Shown in pieces: positions 9,206 to 18,607 of a DNA stretch of 62,806 nucleotides (position 1 is its first letter; the number at the start of each line of letters is the position of its first letter). The stretch comes from Pseudonocardia sp. Its GTDB lineage: Bacteria > Actinomycetota > Actinomycetes > Mycobacteriales > Pseudonocardiaceae. Under the pieces are notes generated by a model. That model saw only the letters and a program-made list of their open reading frames with translations. It was not told the DNA's origin and did not search any database. The stretch spans positions 1 through 62,806 of the forward strand of contig JAKDNL010000001.1 of NCBI GenBank assembly GCA_030451825.1, in the 5' to 3' direction. The position numbers and the translations under genes were made by a program.

Positions 9206-11104
9206 ATGGTCGACGACCACCTCATCCGCGCCGCCGTGGACCAGGCGGAGCTCAGCGCGCTGCGCCTCGCCCTCTACCAGGCGACCGGCGATCCGACGAT
9301 CGCCGCCATCCCGCTGGAGAACCGGGTGGTCCGCGGTGGCGCCGGTGTACTGCCCGTCGTCCCGGAGCAGTACCACGACCGGCTCAAGGAGGAGGCGGTC
9401 CGGTTCCTTCGCGGCGAGGCGGCGGGGCACGTCCACCGGACGCCGTCGCGCGAGGAGATCGATTCCCTGATCATGCTGGCCCACGGCGAGACCGTGGCAG
9501 ACGAGGTGCTCGCCGCTCGACGGGATCTGCTCGCGTTCGCGGAGCACACCCGTCAGACGCTGCCCCCGGAGGGCGGTGTCCGCGTCCCACATGACTTCCA
9601 CGTGATCGTCATCGGAGCCGGATTCAGCGGGATCGCGATGGGGGTACAGCTCGACCTCCTCGGGATCCCGTACACCGTCCTGGAGCGCCGCCACGAGGTG
9701 GGCGGGGTGTGGAGCACGAACACCTACCCCGACGCACGGGTCGACACCCTGAGCGCGACCTACCAGTTCTCGTTCGAGAAGGACTTCGCCTGGAGCGAGT
9801 ACTTCGCCCGTCAGCCCGAGGTCCGCGGCTACCTGGAGCACGTCGCCAAGAAGCACGGCGTTTTCGACCACATCCTGTTCGACCAGGACGTACGGGCAGC
9901 GACCTGGGACGAGGACGCCGCACGCTGGTCCCTCGACGTGCGTACCCCCGAGGGGCTCCGGAACGTCCGGGTGAACGTCGTGGTGAGCGCTGCCGGCCTG
10001 TTCGCGGTGCCGAGGGAGGTCACCATCCCGGGGGCGGGCGAGTTCGGAGGAGAGCTGGTCCACACCACCCGCTGGGACGACCAGCGCTCGGTGCGGGGCA
10101 AGCGCGTCGCGGTGGTCGGCAACGGTTCCACCGGCGTGCAGCTGCTGGGCCGGGTCGCTGAGGAGGCCGACCACGTATCCGTCTTCCAGCGAACGCCGCA
10201 ATGGATCAGTCCCCGGGAGCGGTACGGCGAGCCCATGGCGCCGGAGGCGCAGTGGCTGCTCACCACGATGCCCTACTACTGGAACTGGTCGCGGTACGTC
10301 GCGATGATGCCACTGCTCGACTCCTACGAGCTCCTGGTCCCCGACGACGACTGGATCGCCGGCGGCGGGAAGATCAACGAGCGTAGCGACGCCATCCGCG
10401 CCGGACTCGTGGCGTACATCCGGTCTCAGCTCGGGGACCGCCAGGACCTCCTCGACGAGCTGGTCCCCGACTATGCCCCGATCGCCCGGCGACCCGTCGT
10501 CGACAACGGGTGGTACCGCGCCCTCACCCGGGACGACGTCGAGCTGGTCACCGACCCGATCGACCGGATCACCGCAACCGGGATCCGAACCGCCGACGGC
10601 CGGGATCGTGATCTGGACATGATCATCGCTGCGATCGGTTTCGACACCGACCGCTACCTCTGGCCGACCGACTACCGCGGCCGCGGCGGCGTCGGGCTCC
10701 ATGAACGGTGGGCCGAGACCGGGGCCGAGGCGCACACGGGCATCACCGTCCCGGGCTTCCCGAACCTCTTCATCCTGTACGGCCCGAACTCCCAACCGAT
10801 CTCCGGCGGCAACACCCTCCCGATGTGGTTCGAGGTCTGGTCGAGCTACATCGCGCAGTGTCTGCTCGCGCTGTTCGACAGCGGGAGCGAACGGATCGAG
10901 GTGCGGGAGGAGGTCTGCGCGGACTACAACCGCAGGCTCCAGGAGCAGGCGGCTCGCCTGATCTATCTCACCGACGAGGGCTCGCGGTCGGCCAACTACT
11001 ACAACAACAAGCACGGGAAGCTCGGGGTCAACGTGTCGTTCGACTTCGAGGAGTACTACCGGCTGAGCTCCTCGCCGGACCTGCAGGACTTCGACCTCCG
11101 CTGA
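9206..11104 (+). CDS. Baeyer-Villiger monooxygenase with N-terminal extension (HAPMO-like architecture)
   Basis: GAGFSG, GGVWSTNTYPDARVD, BVMO fingerprint FGGELVHTTRWD, GNGSTG, PGFPNLF; GAGGAG RBS. Confidence 0.92.
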   Translation: MVDDHLIRAAVDQAELSALRLALYQATGDPTIAAIPLENRVVRGGAGVLPVVPEQYHDRLKEEAVRFLRGEAAGHVHRTPSREEIDSLIMLAHGETVADEVLAARRDLLAFAEHTRQTLPPEGGVRVPHDFHVIVIGAGFSGIAMGVQLDLLGIPYTVLERRHEVGGVWSTNTYPDARVDTLSATYQFSFEKDFAWSEYFARQPEVRGYLEHVAKKHGVFDHILFDQDVRAATWDEDAARWSLDVRTPEGLRNVRVNVVVSAAGLFAVPREVTIPGAGEFGGELVHTTRWDDQRSVRGKRVAVVGNGSTGVQLLGRVAEEADHVSVFQRTPQWISPRERYGEPMAPEAQWLLTTMPYYWNWSRYVAMMPLLDSYELLVPDDDWIAGGGKINERSDAIRAGLVAYIRSQLGDRQDLLDELVPDYAPIARRPVVDNGWYRALTRDDVELVTDPIDRITATGIRTADGRDRDLDMIIAAIGFDTDRYLWPTDYRGRGGVGLHERWAETGAEAHTGITVPGFPNLFILYGPNSQPISGGNTLPMWFEVWSSYIAQCLLALFDSGSERIEVREEVCADYNRRLQEQAARLIYLTDEGSRSANYYNNKHGKLGVNVSFDFEEYYRLSSSPDLQDFDLR

Positions 11105-11160
11105 GCACCACCGATACACCACCCCCGACCACCACGGTCGAACCCTCATCAGGAGACCCC

Positions 11161-12525
11161 ATGTCCTCAGTACTCGGCACGACCTCCCCGGCCGACCGAA
11201 GAGCGGCGATCGCCACAGTGACCGGAGTTGCGGTCGAGGCCTACGACTTCATCGTGTACTCCTACCTCGTCGTGTTCCTTGCGCCGGTGTTCTTCCCGAG
11301 CGACGATCCGGCCGCCGGGATCCTCGCCTCACTCCTGGTGTTCGCCGCGGGCTTCGTCGCGCGGCCGCTGGGCGGAGTGTTCTACGGGCGCCTCGGTGAC
11401 CGGATCGGCCGACGCCGCACCCTGCTCATCACCATCGTGCTGATGGGCCTCGCGACCGTGCTGATGGGGCTGCTGCCCGGCTACGACCAGATCGGGATCG
11501 CGGCCTCGGTCCTCCTGGTCGCATTGCGGTTGCTCCAGGGGTTCTCTGCGGGTGGCGAGGTCACCGGAGCCGCGGTCTACGCGTCGGAGCACGGGACGTC
11601 GGCCAACCGCGGCCGGTTCAACTCGTTGCAACCCTTGGGTTTTGCCATCGGCGGAGTCCTGGCGCCCGCCGCCGTCGGCCTGACCGCCCTGCTCGTGCCC
11701 GCGGGTGCGATGGCGGCCTGGGGCTGGCGCATCCCGCTGCTGGCCGTCCTCCCCATCACGCTGATCTGTCTCCTGCTGCGTACCCGGGTCGAGGAGTCCC
11801 CGCAGTTCGTGCGGATCCGGGCCGAGCAGCGGGCCTCGGCGGCTCCGCTGCGCGAGACGGTCGGCAAGTACCCCGTCGCTCTGCTGCAGGTGATCGGGTT
11901 GACCCTGTGCAACGGGATGATCAACTACACGATCATCGCGTATCTGCCGGTCTATCTGAACACCAGCGGCAACCTCTCGACCGGCGCCGTCTCGTGGATC
12001 TTCGCAGTCTGCAGCTTGATCGTCGTACCCTTCGTCCTGTTCAGCGGTGCCCTCGTCGACCGGTTCGGACAGCGGCGCGTCCTCGTGATCGCACTCGTCC
12101 TCGTCGCGATCCTGATCATCCCGGCGCTGTTCGTGCTGCGGAACGTCGCCGCGGTCGCGGCCGTCGCGGCCGTCGTCCTCGTCCTGCTGCTCGTGACGAC
12201 CGCGATCGGCCCGGCAATTCTCACCGCCTCGACCGGCCTTTTCCCCACCCGGGTCCGGTACACCGGCATCGCGCTGGGCTACTCGATCGGCAACGTGATC
12301 GGCGGTGGCTTCGGCCCGTACCTGGCCGCCCTGCTCGCTGCCCGGCTCGGCAGCCCGTATGCACCGGCACTCCTGTTCGCGTTCGCGGTCATCGTCGGCA
12401 TCGTCGCCGTCCTCACGGCGAAGCGGGCGCCCCAGCCAGAACCCGACCTGCCGACGGTGCCGGCCGACGACGAGGACCGTGACCCGCCCGCGGTCAGTGA
12501 CCCGATGCGAATGGAGACATCATGA
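11161..12525 (+). CDS. MFS transporter, metabolite:H+ symporter (MHS) family
   Basis: EAYDF, ARPLGG...GDRIGRR, RLLQGFSAGGE, WGWRIP, EESP. Confidence 0.92.
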   Translation: MSSVLGTTSPADRRAAIATVTGVAVEAYDFIVYSYLVVFLAPVFFPSDDPAAGILASLLVFAAGFVARPLGGVFYGRLGDRIGRRRTLLITIVLMGLATVLMGLLPGYDQIGIAASVLLVALRLLQGFSAGGEVTGAAVYASEHGTSANRGRFNSLQPLGFAIGGVLAPAAVGLTALLVPAGAMAAWGWRIPLLAVLPITLICLLLRTRVEESPQFVRIRAEQRASAAPLRETVGKYPVALLQVIGLTLCNGMINYTIIAYLPVYLNTSGNLSTGAVSWIFAVCSLIVVPFVLFSGALVDRFGQRRVLVIALVLVAILIIPALFVLRNVAAVAAVAAVVLVLLLVTTAIGPAILTASTGLFPTRVRYTGIALGYSIGNVIGGGFGPYLAALLAARLGSPYAPALLFAFAVIVGIVAVLTAKRAPQPEPDLPTVPADDEDRDPPAVSDPMRMETS

Positions 12526-13301
12526 CGAACCGGCTCGAAGACTCGATCGCCCTCGTGGCCGGCGGCGCGAGCGGAATGGGCGCCGCCACGGCGACACTCC
12601 TGTCCGGCGAGGGCGCGACCGTGGTGATCGCCGATCGCGACGACGACCGGGCCCGCGCCGTGGCGGCCGATCTTCCGGGCACGGCCGAGGCCGTCCGGCT
12701 CGACGTGACCGACCTCGAGGCCTGGCAGTCCCTCGCCACGGACTTGGATCAGCGGTACGGGCGGCTCAATGTCCTGGTCAACTCCGCCGGGATCGCACCG
12801 CCCGGGGGCGCCCAGCGGTTCGATCGGACATCCGTCGAGGACCACCTGCAGCTCTTCGACGTGCATGTCCACGGGACCTGGTACGGGATGCGGGCGATGG
12901 TGCCCCTGCTCGCGGCGGCGGGTCGGTCCTCGATCGTCAACGTGTCGTCCATCGACGGGCTCGCCGGCGTGGCGGGCATGGCGAGCTACGCGAGCGCCAA
13001 GTTCGCCGTCACCGGGCTGACCCGCGCCACCGCTCTCGAGCTAGGGCCACTCGGCATCCGGGTGAACTCCGTCCATCCCGGGGTGATCAGCACACCGATG
13101 ATCGCCACGGACGACCCCGCGGTCCGGTCCCGGATCGCGGCGATCACCGACCGGCAGCCCCTGGCTCGGCCCGGTACCGCCGACGAGGTCGCGCGCATGA
13201 TCCTCTTCCTGGCCGGCGAGGATTCCGCGTACTGCACCGGCGCCCAGTTCGTCGTCGACGGGGGACACCTCGCGGGCCCCGTCCGTGAGCCCCTGGCGTG
13301 A
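12522..13301 (+). CDS. SDR-family oxidoreductase (3alpha,20beta-HSD-like)
   Basis: GGASGMG, LVNSAG, YASAK, IRVNSVHPG, TGAQFVVDGG. Confidence 0.92.
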   Translation: MTNRLEDSIALVAGGASGMGAATATLLSGEGATVVIADRDDDRARAVAADLPGTAEAVRLDVTDLEAWQSLATDLDQRYGRLNVLVNSAGIAPPGGAQRFDRTSVEDHLQLFDVHVHGTWYGMRAMVPLLAAAGRSSIVNVSSIDGLAGVAGMASYASAKFAVTGLTRATALELGPLGIRVNSVHPGVISTPMIATDDPAVRSRIAAITDRQPLARPGTADEVARMILFLAGEDSAYCTGAQFVVDGGHLAGPVREPLA

Positions 13302-13491
13302 CTCGATCATGCCGGGCGCACACTCGCCGGCACGGACAGCCCTGACCATCCCCGGTCGCAGGAATTCGCCATGCCGTTACCGCCCTCGTCGCCGTTCACG
13401 GCGCAGCAGCCCACGGGGCAGCCGCCACCGAACGGCATCGCGGCAAACGTGCGCAGGTCAGCACGGGCGAGCACGGGCCGTTGCCGCCCGC

Positions 13492-14742
13492 TTACGCGGT
13501 GGTGCTGCCGACCTCGTCCCAGGACCGCCCCTCGGCCACCGCCTGGCGCCACTGCCGGACTGCCTTGGCCTTCCCGGCGCCGATCACCGCGCTCACCCGG
13601 CCCGCGTGGCCGTACACGCCGACGAAGCGCCGGTCGGCCAGCGTGCCCTCCACGACCCGGAACTCGTCACCTCCCGAGGGCAGCCCGAAGGCCTGCAGTT
13701 TGAGGTCGTACTGGTCGGACCAGAAGTAGGGCACCGGTGCGGCGGCCTCCCGGCTGAGTCCGATGAGCTCCCTGGAGACCGTCCGTGCGTGCTCGGTGGC
13801 GGTGAGCCGGTGCTCGAGGCGCACGAAACGGTTCTCGCGCGGAGACCACCATGCGGCCACGTCTCCCACCGCATACACGTGATCACCGGCCCGGCCGACC
13901 TCGTCGCATCGGATGCCGCCGGCGCCCTCGTCCGGGGACTCCCCGGCGATCGGGATCGTGGTGCCGCGCAGCCAGTCCACCTCGGGCACGGCCCCGATGG
14001 CCACGACGACCAGATCGGCCGGAAGCTCCGTCCCCTCATCGAGAACCACGGCCGACACCGCACCCGAGGCCGCGGTGAACGACGCGATCCCGCGGCCGAG
14101 GTGCAGCGCCACCCCGTGCTCACGGTGCAGGTCGGCGACCATCGCGCCGACCTCGGCGCCGAGGACGGATCGCAGCGGGAGCTCCAGGGTGTCGACCAGG
14201 GATACCTCCGAGCCGAGGTCGCGCGCGACCGCAGCCACCTCGGCGCCGAGGAACCCGGCCCCGACGACGACGACGCGGGCCCCGTCGCGACGATCCAGTG
14301 CCGCCTTCAACCCGAGCACGTCGTCGAGGTCGCGCAGCACGTGCACGCCCTCGAGGTCGTGTCCGAAGGGCAGTCGACGAGCCCCCGCCCTGGTGGCCAC
14401 GACCAGGTCGCGATAGGCCAGGACCGAGCCGTCGCTCAGCGCCAGGGTGCGCGCGTCCGGATCGGCCCCGACCGCCCGCACACCCAGCCGGCAGTCCACG
14501 CGCGCGGCGGCGAGGTCCTCGACAGAACGCAGCGTCACCCGCGCGGGCTCCCACGTTCCGGCGAGCACCTGTTTGGACAGCGGCGGACGATCGTAGGGCG
14601 CGTGGGCCTCCTCGCCGACCAGCATGATGCCGCCGGCATGGCCACCGGCTCGCAGCGCATCGACCGTGGCCAGTCCGGCCGCCCCCGCACCCACCACCAC
14701 GACCGGGGCGTCGGTCTCCCGGCCGTCGGTCTGGTCGGGCAT
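13492..14742 (-). CDS. NAD(P)H:ferredoxin reductase (FAD-dependent)
   Basis: GAGAAG, PYDRPPLSK, GAGFLGAE, VYAVGDVA, PYFWSDQY; real start MPDQT at 14742. Confidence 0.93.
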   Translation of the reverse strand: MPDQTDGRETDAPVVVVGAGAAGLATVDALRAGGHAGGIMLVGEEAHAPYDRPPLSKQVLAGTWEPARVTLRSVEDLAAARVDCRLGVRAVGADPDARTLALSDGSVLAYRDLVVATRAGARRLPFGHDLEGVHVLRDLDDVLGLKAALDRRDGARVVVVGAGFLGAEVAAVARDLGSEVSLVDTLELPLRSVLGAEVGAMVADLHREHGVALHLGRGIASFTAASGAVSAVVLDEGTELPADLVVVAIGAVPEVDWLRGTTIPIAGESPDEGAGGIRCDEVGRAGDHVYAVGDVAAWWSPRENRFVRLEHRLTATEHARTVSRELIGLSREAAAPVPYFWSDQYDLKLQAFGLPSGGDEFRVVEGTLADRRFVGVYGHAGRVSAVIGAGKAKAVRQWRQAVAEGRSWDEVGSTTA

Positions 14743-14743
14743 C

Positions 14744-14941
14744 TCAGACCTCGTGGATCGTGATCGCGGCGGCGGGGCAGAGCTGCGCGGCCTCCCGCGA
14801 GGCCGCCCACTGCTCCTCGGCCGGGACGTCGTCGAGCAGCTCGACGATGCCGTCGTCGTCGCGCTGGTCGAACACGTCCGGGGTCGCCAGCACGCACTGT
14901 CCGGCTCCCACACACCTGACCTGGTCAATCTCGATCTTCAC
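14744..14941 (-). CDS. P450-type [3Fe-4S] ferredoxin
   Basis: CVGAGQC...PDVF...CPAAAI, 65 aa; AGGAGG RBS. Confidence 0.93.
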   Translation of the reverse strand: MKIEIDQVRCVGAGQCVLATPDVFDQRDDDGIVELLDDVPAEEQWAASREAAQLCPAAAITIHEV

Positions 14942-14975
14942 AACGTCCTCCTTCGGTGGATACGGATCAGTGGAC

Positions 14976-15824
14976 TCACACGGCGCCGAGAGTGTCGTCG
15001 CCCCGGGCCTGCGTCACGTCGACCAGAGGCAGGGCGACTCCGGCCTCAGCGGCAAGTTCCTGGGCGGCCGCGAGATCCTTGTGCAGGAGCGCCGCGACCT
15101 GGGCGGACAGGGCCGCGAACCCCGGGGCGCCTTCGGTCTCGACACGGCGACGCGCCCAGGCGAGCAGGGTCGAGCCCTCAGGGTCGGCGGTGTCGATGAC
15201 CTCGAACAGGCGGGTCGGGTCGACGCCGGCACTGCGGGCGAGCACGGTCGCCTCGTGCACGGCCCGCCAGGTGCCGTACGTGACGACGTTACGGGCGATC
15301 TTGGTGGCCATCCCGGCGCCGAGCGGACCGCAGTGCACGACCTTCTTGGCGAAGTCCTCGAGGACCGGGCGCGCCCGGGCGACGGCGTAGTCGTCGCCAC
15401 CGAGGATGGCGACCAGCCCGTTGTCCGCCGCCCGGTCCCCAGGAGTGACCCCGCAGTCGAGTAAGGACACCCCGTGCTCGGCGCATGTCGCGGCGAGCTC
15501 GTGCACGACAGGCACCGCGACGGTGGACGCCAGCACCACGACCTGCGCCGGGCGCGCGGCCGGGGCCAGCTCGGCGATCACTGCGCGAGCCTGGTCGGCG
15601 TCGACGACCGCGACGATCACGACATCGGCGACGCCGGCCAGCTCCCCGACCGAACCGACGCACCCCTCGACTCCCGCGAGGCCGTCGGCGGCCTCCGGGC
15701 GCACGTCGAACACCACCGGTGTCCGACCCCGTCGTGCCAGGCTGACCGCGACCCCTCCGCCGATCATTCCCAGACCGATCACCCCGGCCGTGAGCGGCAC
15801 GGCCTGTGTGTCCGTGGTCGTCAT
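14976..15824 (-). CDS. Beta-hydroxyacid dehydrogenase family oxidoreductase (3-hydroxyisobutyrate dehydrogenase-like)
   Basis: GVIGLGMIG, LASTV, GPLGAGMATKIARN (catalytic Lys), HKDL. Confidence 0.88.
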   Translation of the reverse strand: MTTTDTQAVPLTAGVIGLGMIGGGVAVSLARRGRTPVVFDVRPEAADGLAGVEGCVGSVGELAGVADVVIVAVVDADQARAVIAELAPAARPAQVVVLASTVAVPVVHELAATCAEHGVSLLDCGVTPGDRAADNGLVAILGGDDYAVARARPVLEDFAKKVVHCGPLGAGMATKIARNVVTYGTWRAVHEATVLARSAGVDPTRLFEVIDTADPEGSTLLAWARRRVETEGAPGFAALSAQVAALLHKDLAAAQELAAEAGVALPLVDVTQARGDDTLGAV

Positions 15825-15842
15825 TGCGACGCATCCTCCCCA

Positions 15843-15862
15843 CTTAACTTAACTAAGTTTAC
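15843..15862 (-). promoter_or_regulatory. Candidate TetR operator, copy A
   Basis: Minus strand GTAAACTTAGTTAAGTTAAG; 15/20 identical to copy B. Confidence 0.65.
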
Positions 15863-15970
15863 TCATCACGGTAGACCCCGTCCCGGCCTCCGTCTCCGTG
15901 ACGCGCCACACCGCCGGTACCCCTGACCCGGGTCGGACCCGTGGATCGGACATCGCCGCACAATGGAGGC

Positions 15971-16699
15971 ATGCACACGCCCGAGGAGACCGGAACCGAG
16001 CCCTCGCGCCCCCGCAGCCCCCGAGGACAGGGCGAGCGACTGCGTCGGGACGTGCTCGACGCAGTCAACCGGGTGCTCGTCCGGGACGGCGGGGAGAAGC
16101 TGACGATGCGCGCAGTGGCCCGCGAGGCCGGCGTCACCGCGCCGAGCATCTACCTGCACTTCACCGACAAGGCCGACCTCGTCTGGGCAGCCCTCACCGA
16201 CAAGTACGCACAGCTCGCCGCGGAGATGGACCAAGCCGACATCGCGGCCGCCACGAGGTCGACCGACGACCTGGTGCAGTCCGCCCGCCTGCGCCTGCAG
16301 GCTCAGATGCACGCCTACGTGCGGTTCGCGGTGACCAACCCCGGGCACTACAGGCTGATGTTCGAGATCCGGCAACCCAGCGTGTCCACCGAGCGCGCGG
16401 TGGCTCACCCCTCGCGGCTGGTCTCGAGTTCGCTACGCGAAGCCGTCGCGCGCTGCGCCGAAGCGGGGGCGATGCTCCGGCTGCCGCGTCGCGCGCTCGC
16501 ACACACGTTGTGGTCGACGATGCACGGGCTGGTCTCGCTGAACCACAGCCTCGGCATCGACGACGCCGAGGATCTGGCCCGCCGCTGCGCCGACGACGTC
16601 CTCGACTCCCTGATCCCCCCCGACGAACCCGCCTTCGAACCGCCGGACTCGCTGGTCGAACGGGCCATCCGCGAGGTCATCGAGCCCCGCACCTCCTGA
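15971..16699 (+). CDS. TetR/AcrR-family regulator (WHG-type C-terminal domain)
   Basis: LTMRAVAREAGVTAPSIYLHFTDK; LWSTMHGLVSL; GGAGG RBS. Confidence 0.93.
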   Translation: MHTPEETGTEPSRPRSPRGQGERLRRDVLDAVNRVLVRDGGEKLTMRAVAREAGVTAPSIYLHFTDKADLVWAALTDKYAQLAAEMDQADIAAATRSTDDLVQSARLRLQAQMHAYVRFAVTNPGHYRLMFEIRQPSVSTERAVAHPSRLVSSSLREAVARCAEAGAMLRLPRRALAHTLWSTMHGLVSLNHSLGIDDAEDLARRCADDVLDSLIPPDEPAFEPPDSLVERAIREVIEPRTS

Positions 16700-16777
16700 G
16701 GGGGCCCACCCACCGAGGCTCACGTCACAGCGTCCCGGGGTGCTCACAGTGGCGCTGAGGCCTATCGTCGCCGCTAA

Positions 16778-16797
16778 GTGAACTAAGTTCATTCAAG
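16778..16797 (+). promoter_or_regulatory. Candidate TetR operator, copy B
   Basis: GTGAACTAAGTTCATTCAAG containing the palindrome TGAACT-A-AGTTCA, abutting the RBS of the CMD gene. Confidence 0.65.
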
Positions 16798-16805
16798 GAG
16801 TCGTC

Positions 16806-17186
16806 ATGACGAACGAGGCCCGCACTCGCGGACTGGCAACGATGGACGCGGTGTACGGGGCGGGCTTCTCACAAGCGATGCCCGACGTCGACGAGCCGAT
16901 GCTCACCGAGACGGTCAAACACCTGTTCGGCGATATATGGAACCGGCCGGGCCTCTCGATCCGTGATCGGCGGCTGCTCGTCCTCGGCGCGACCGCCGCC
17001 CTCGGGCGCGCGGACCTGATCGAGACCCAGGTACACGGCGCCCTCGCCAACGGCGAGCTCGACGAGACCGCGCTCGCCGAGGCGGTACTGCATCTGCAGT
17101 TCTACGTCGGCTGGGGCAACGGCACCCGCGTTCGCGAAGGCGTGCAGGCCGCGCTGAGCCGTCACGCCGGTGACCCCTCCCGCTGA
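16806..17186 (+). CDS. Carboxymuconolactone decarboxylase (CMD)-family protein
   Basis: HLFGDIWNRPGLSIRDRRLL...ALANGEL...FYVGW; no CxxC. Confidence 0.9.
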   Translation: MTNEARTRGLATMDAVYGAGFSQAMPDVDEPMLTETVKHLFGDIWNRPGLSIRDRRLLVLGATAALGRADLIETQVHGALANGELDETALAEAVLHLQFYVGWGNGTRVREGVQAALSRHAGDPSR

Positions 17187-17248
17187 CACCCCCAGCTCCG
17201 CCACCCGAACGGTCGGCGCGCCCACGTGCCGAGGAAGGAACCACCGTC

Positions 17249-18493
17249 ATGAGCACCGACACGGTCCCCACCATGCCCACCGAGCGGGAGACCCCGCTCG
17301 ACCCCGCCCCGGAGTACACGCGGTTCCGTGAGGAGTCCCCCATCGCTCGGGTGCGGTTCCCCAATGGCATGGTCGGGTGGCTGGTCACCCGTTTCGAGGA
17401 AGGCAGTCAGGTCTTCTCCGATCCACGGCTGTCGGCGAACCGTCCCGACCACCAGTCCGCCGAAGGCTTCACCCCGGCCGAGGACGAGGAGGCCGGCGAG
17501 GACGTCACCGGCGGCCTCGGCCCGCAGAACACCTTTGTTCTGATGGACGAGCCCGACCACGGCGCTTACCGCAAGCTGCTGGCCGGTCGCTTCACCCCCA
17601 AGAGCATCAACCAGAAGCTGCAGCCCTACATCGACCGCGTCGTCGACGAGCACCTCGACGCCCTCGAGGAGAAAGTGCGTACCGACGGCTCGGTCGATCT
17701 CATCGAACACCTCGCCCTGCCCATCCCCTGCCTGGTGATCTGCGAACTCCTCGGCGTGCCCTACCGAGACCGGGACGGCTTTCACGGCGCCACCGAGAAG
17801 ATGATGGACACCGCCGCATCCGGTGCCGATCGCACCGAGGGACTGCAGTGGCTCGTCCGCTACATCACCGACCTCGTCGCCAGCAAGCGCGCCGACCCCG
17901 ACTCAGAAGGTCTGCTGGCCGACCTCGTGCGCCAGTCGCAGCAGGAGGGATCGGTGCTGTCGGACTCGGACCTGATCTCCATCGGGGTCCTGCTGCTGTT
18001 CGCAGGGCACGACACGACCATGGCCATGATCGGCCTGTCGATACTGACCCTGTTGCGCAATCCCGGGCAGTGGAACGAACTGCGCGAGGAGCGCACACGC
18101 ATCCGCCCGGCGGTCGAGGAACTGCTGCGCTACCTGACCATCGTGCAGTTCGGCCTCGGCCGGGTCGCCACCGAGGACCTCGAGCTGGCCGGCGCCCACA
18201 TCGCCGAGGGCGACCTGGTCGTCGTGTCCATGGCCGCCGCGAACCGGGACCCGCGCGTGTTCTCCTACCCCGACGCGCTCGACCTCGACCGCGAGATGAC
18301 CCGGCACATGGCCTTCGGCTACGGAGTCCACCAGTGCCTCGGCCAGAACGTCGCGCGCGCCGAACTCGGCACCATCATCCCGCGGCTCATCGAGCGCTTC
18401 CCCGACATGCGGCTCGCCGTGCCCGCCGACGAGGTCCCCATGGACATCACCGGAACCAACTACGGCCTCAAGAAACTGCCCGTCACCTGGTGA
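17249..18493 (+). CDS. Cytochrome P450 (CYP105-like)
   Basis: LLLFAGHDTT, EELLR, FGYGVHQCLG, LPVTW end. Confidence 0.95.
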   Translation: MSTDTVPTMPTERETPLDPAPEYTRFREESPIARVRFPNGMVGWLVTRFEEGSQVFSDPRLSANRPDHQSAEGFTPAEDEEAGEDVTGGLGPQNTFVLMDEPDHGAYRKLLAGRFTPKSINQKLQPYIDRVVDEHLDALEEKVRTDGSVDLIEHLALPIPCLVICELLGVPYRDRDGFHGATEKMMDTAASGADRTEGLQWLVRYITDLVASKRADPDSEGLLADLVRQSQQEGSVLSDSDLISIGVLLLFAGHDTTMAMIGLSILTLLRNPGQWNELREERTRIRPAVEELLRYLTIVQFGLGRVATEDLELAGAHIAEGDLVVVSMAAANRDPRVFSYPDALDLDREMTRHMAFGYGVHQCLGQNVARAELGTIIPRLIERFPDMRLAVPADEVPMDITGTNYGLKKLPVTW

Positions 18494-18514
18494 AGGCGAC
18501 ACCCGGACCGACCG

Positions 18515-18607
18515 TTCGAACTCATCACCTGCACCGGCCTCCGCAGAGGCGAGGTGCTCGCCCTGCACCGGGCCGACGTCGAACATCGGACCCAGGACAG
18601 CCGGTGA
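18515..18607 (+). pseudogene. Tyrosine recombinase/integrase remnant (Box I)
   Basis: Intergenic DNA translates FELITCTGLRRGEVLALHRADVE, matching TGLRRGE(L/V)L(A/G)LxWxD(V/I); no start codon and no other integrase parts. Confidence 0.7.

Noticed and set aside
9182-11149. 655-aa antisense ORF over the BVMO (similar ones at 21483-22736, 27580-29847, 52619-53881)
   Set aside because: Antisense shadows of GC3-biased genes; no family motifs and fully overlapping well-supported CDSs.
13302-13491. Possible small RNA or peptide in the convergent gap (also 51682-51830 and 61760-61881)
   Set aside because: No recognisable RNA family, strong hairpin or RBS-led ORF by eye; cannot be excluded without Rfam or expression data.
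18491-18607. Stop-codon readthrough or selenocysteine extension of the P450 into the in-frame downstream peptide
   Set aside because: The P450 ends with the typical LPVTW; the downstream peptide is an integrase fragment and the shared frame is a 1-in-3 chance.
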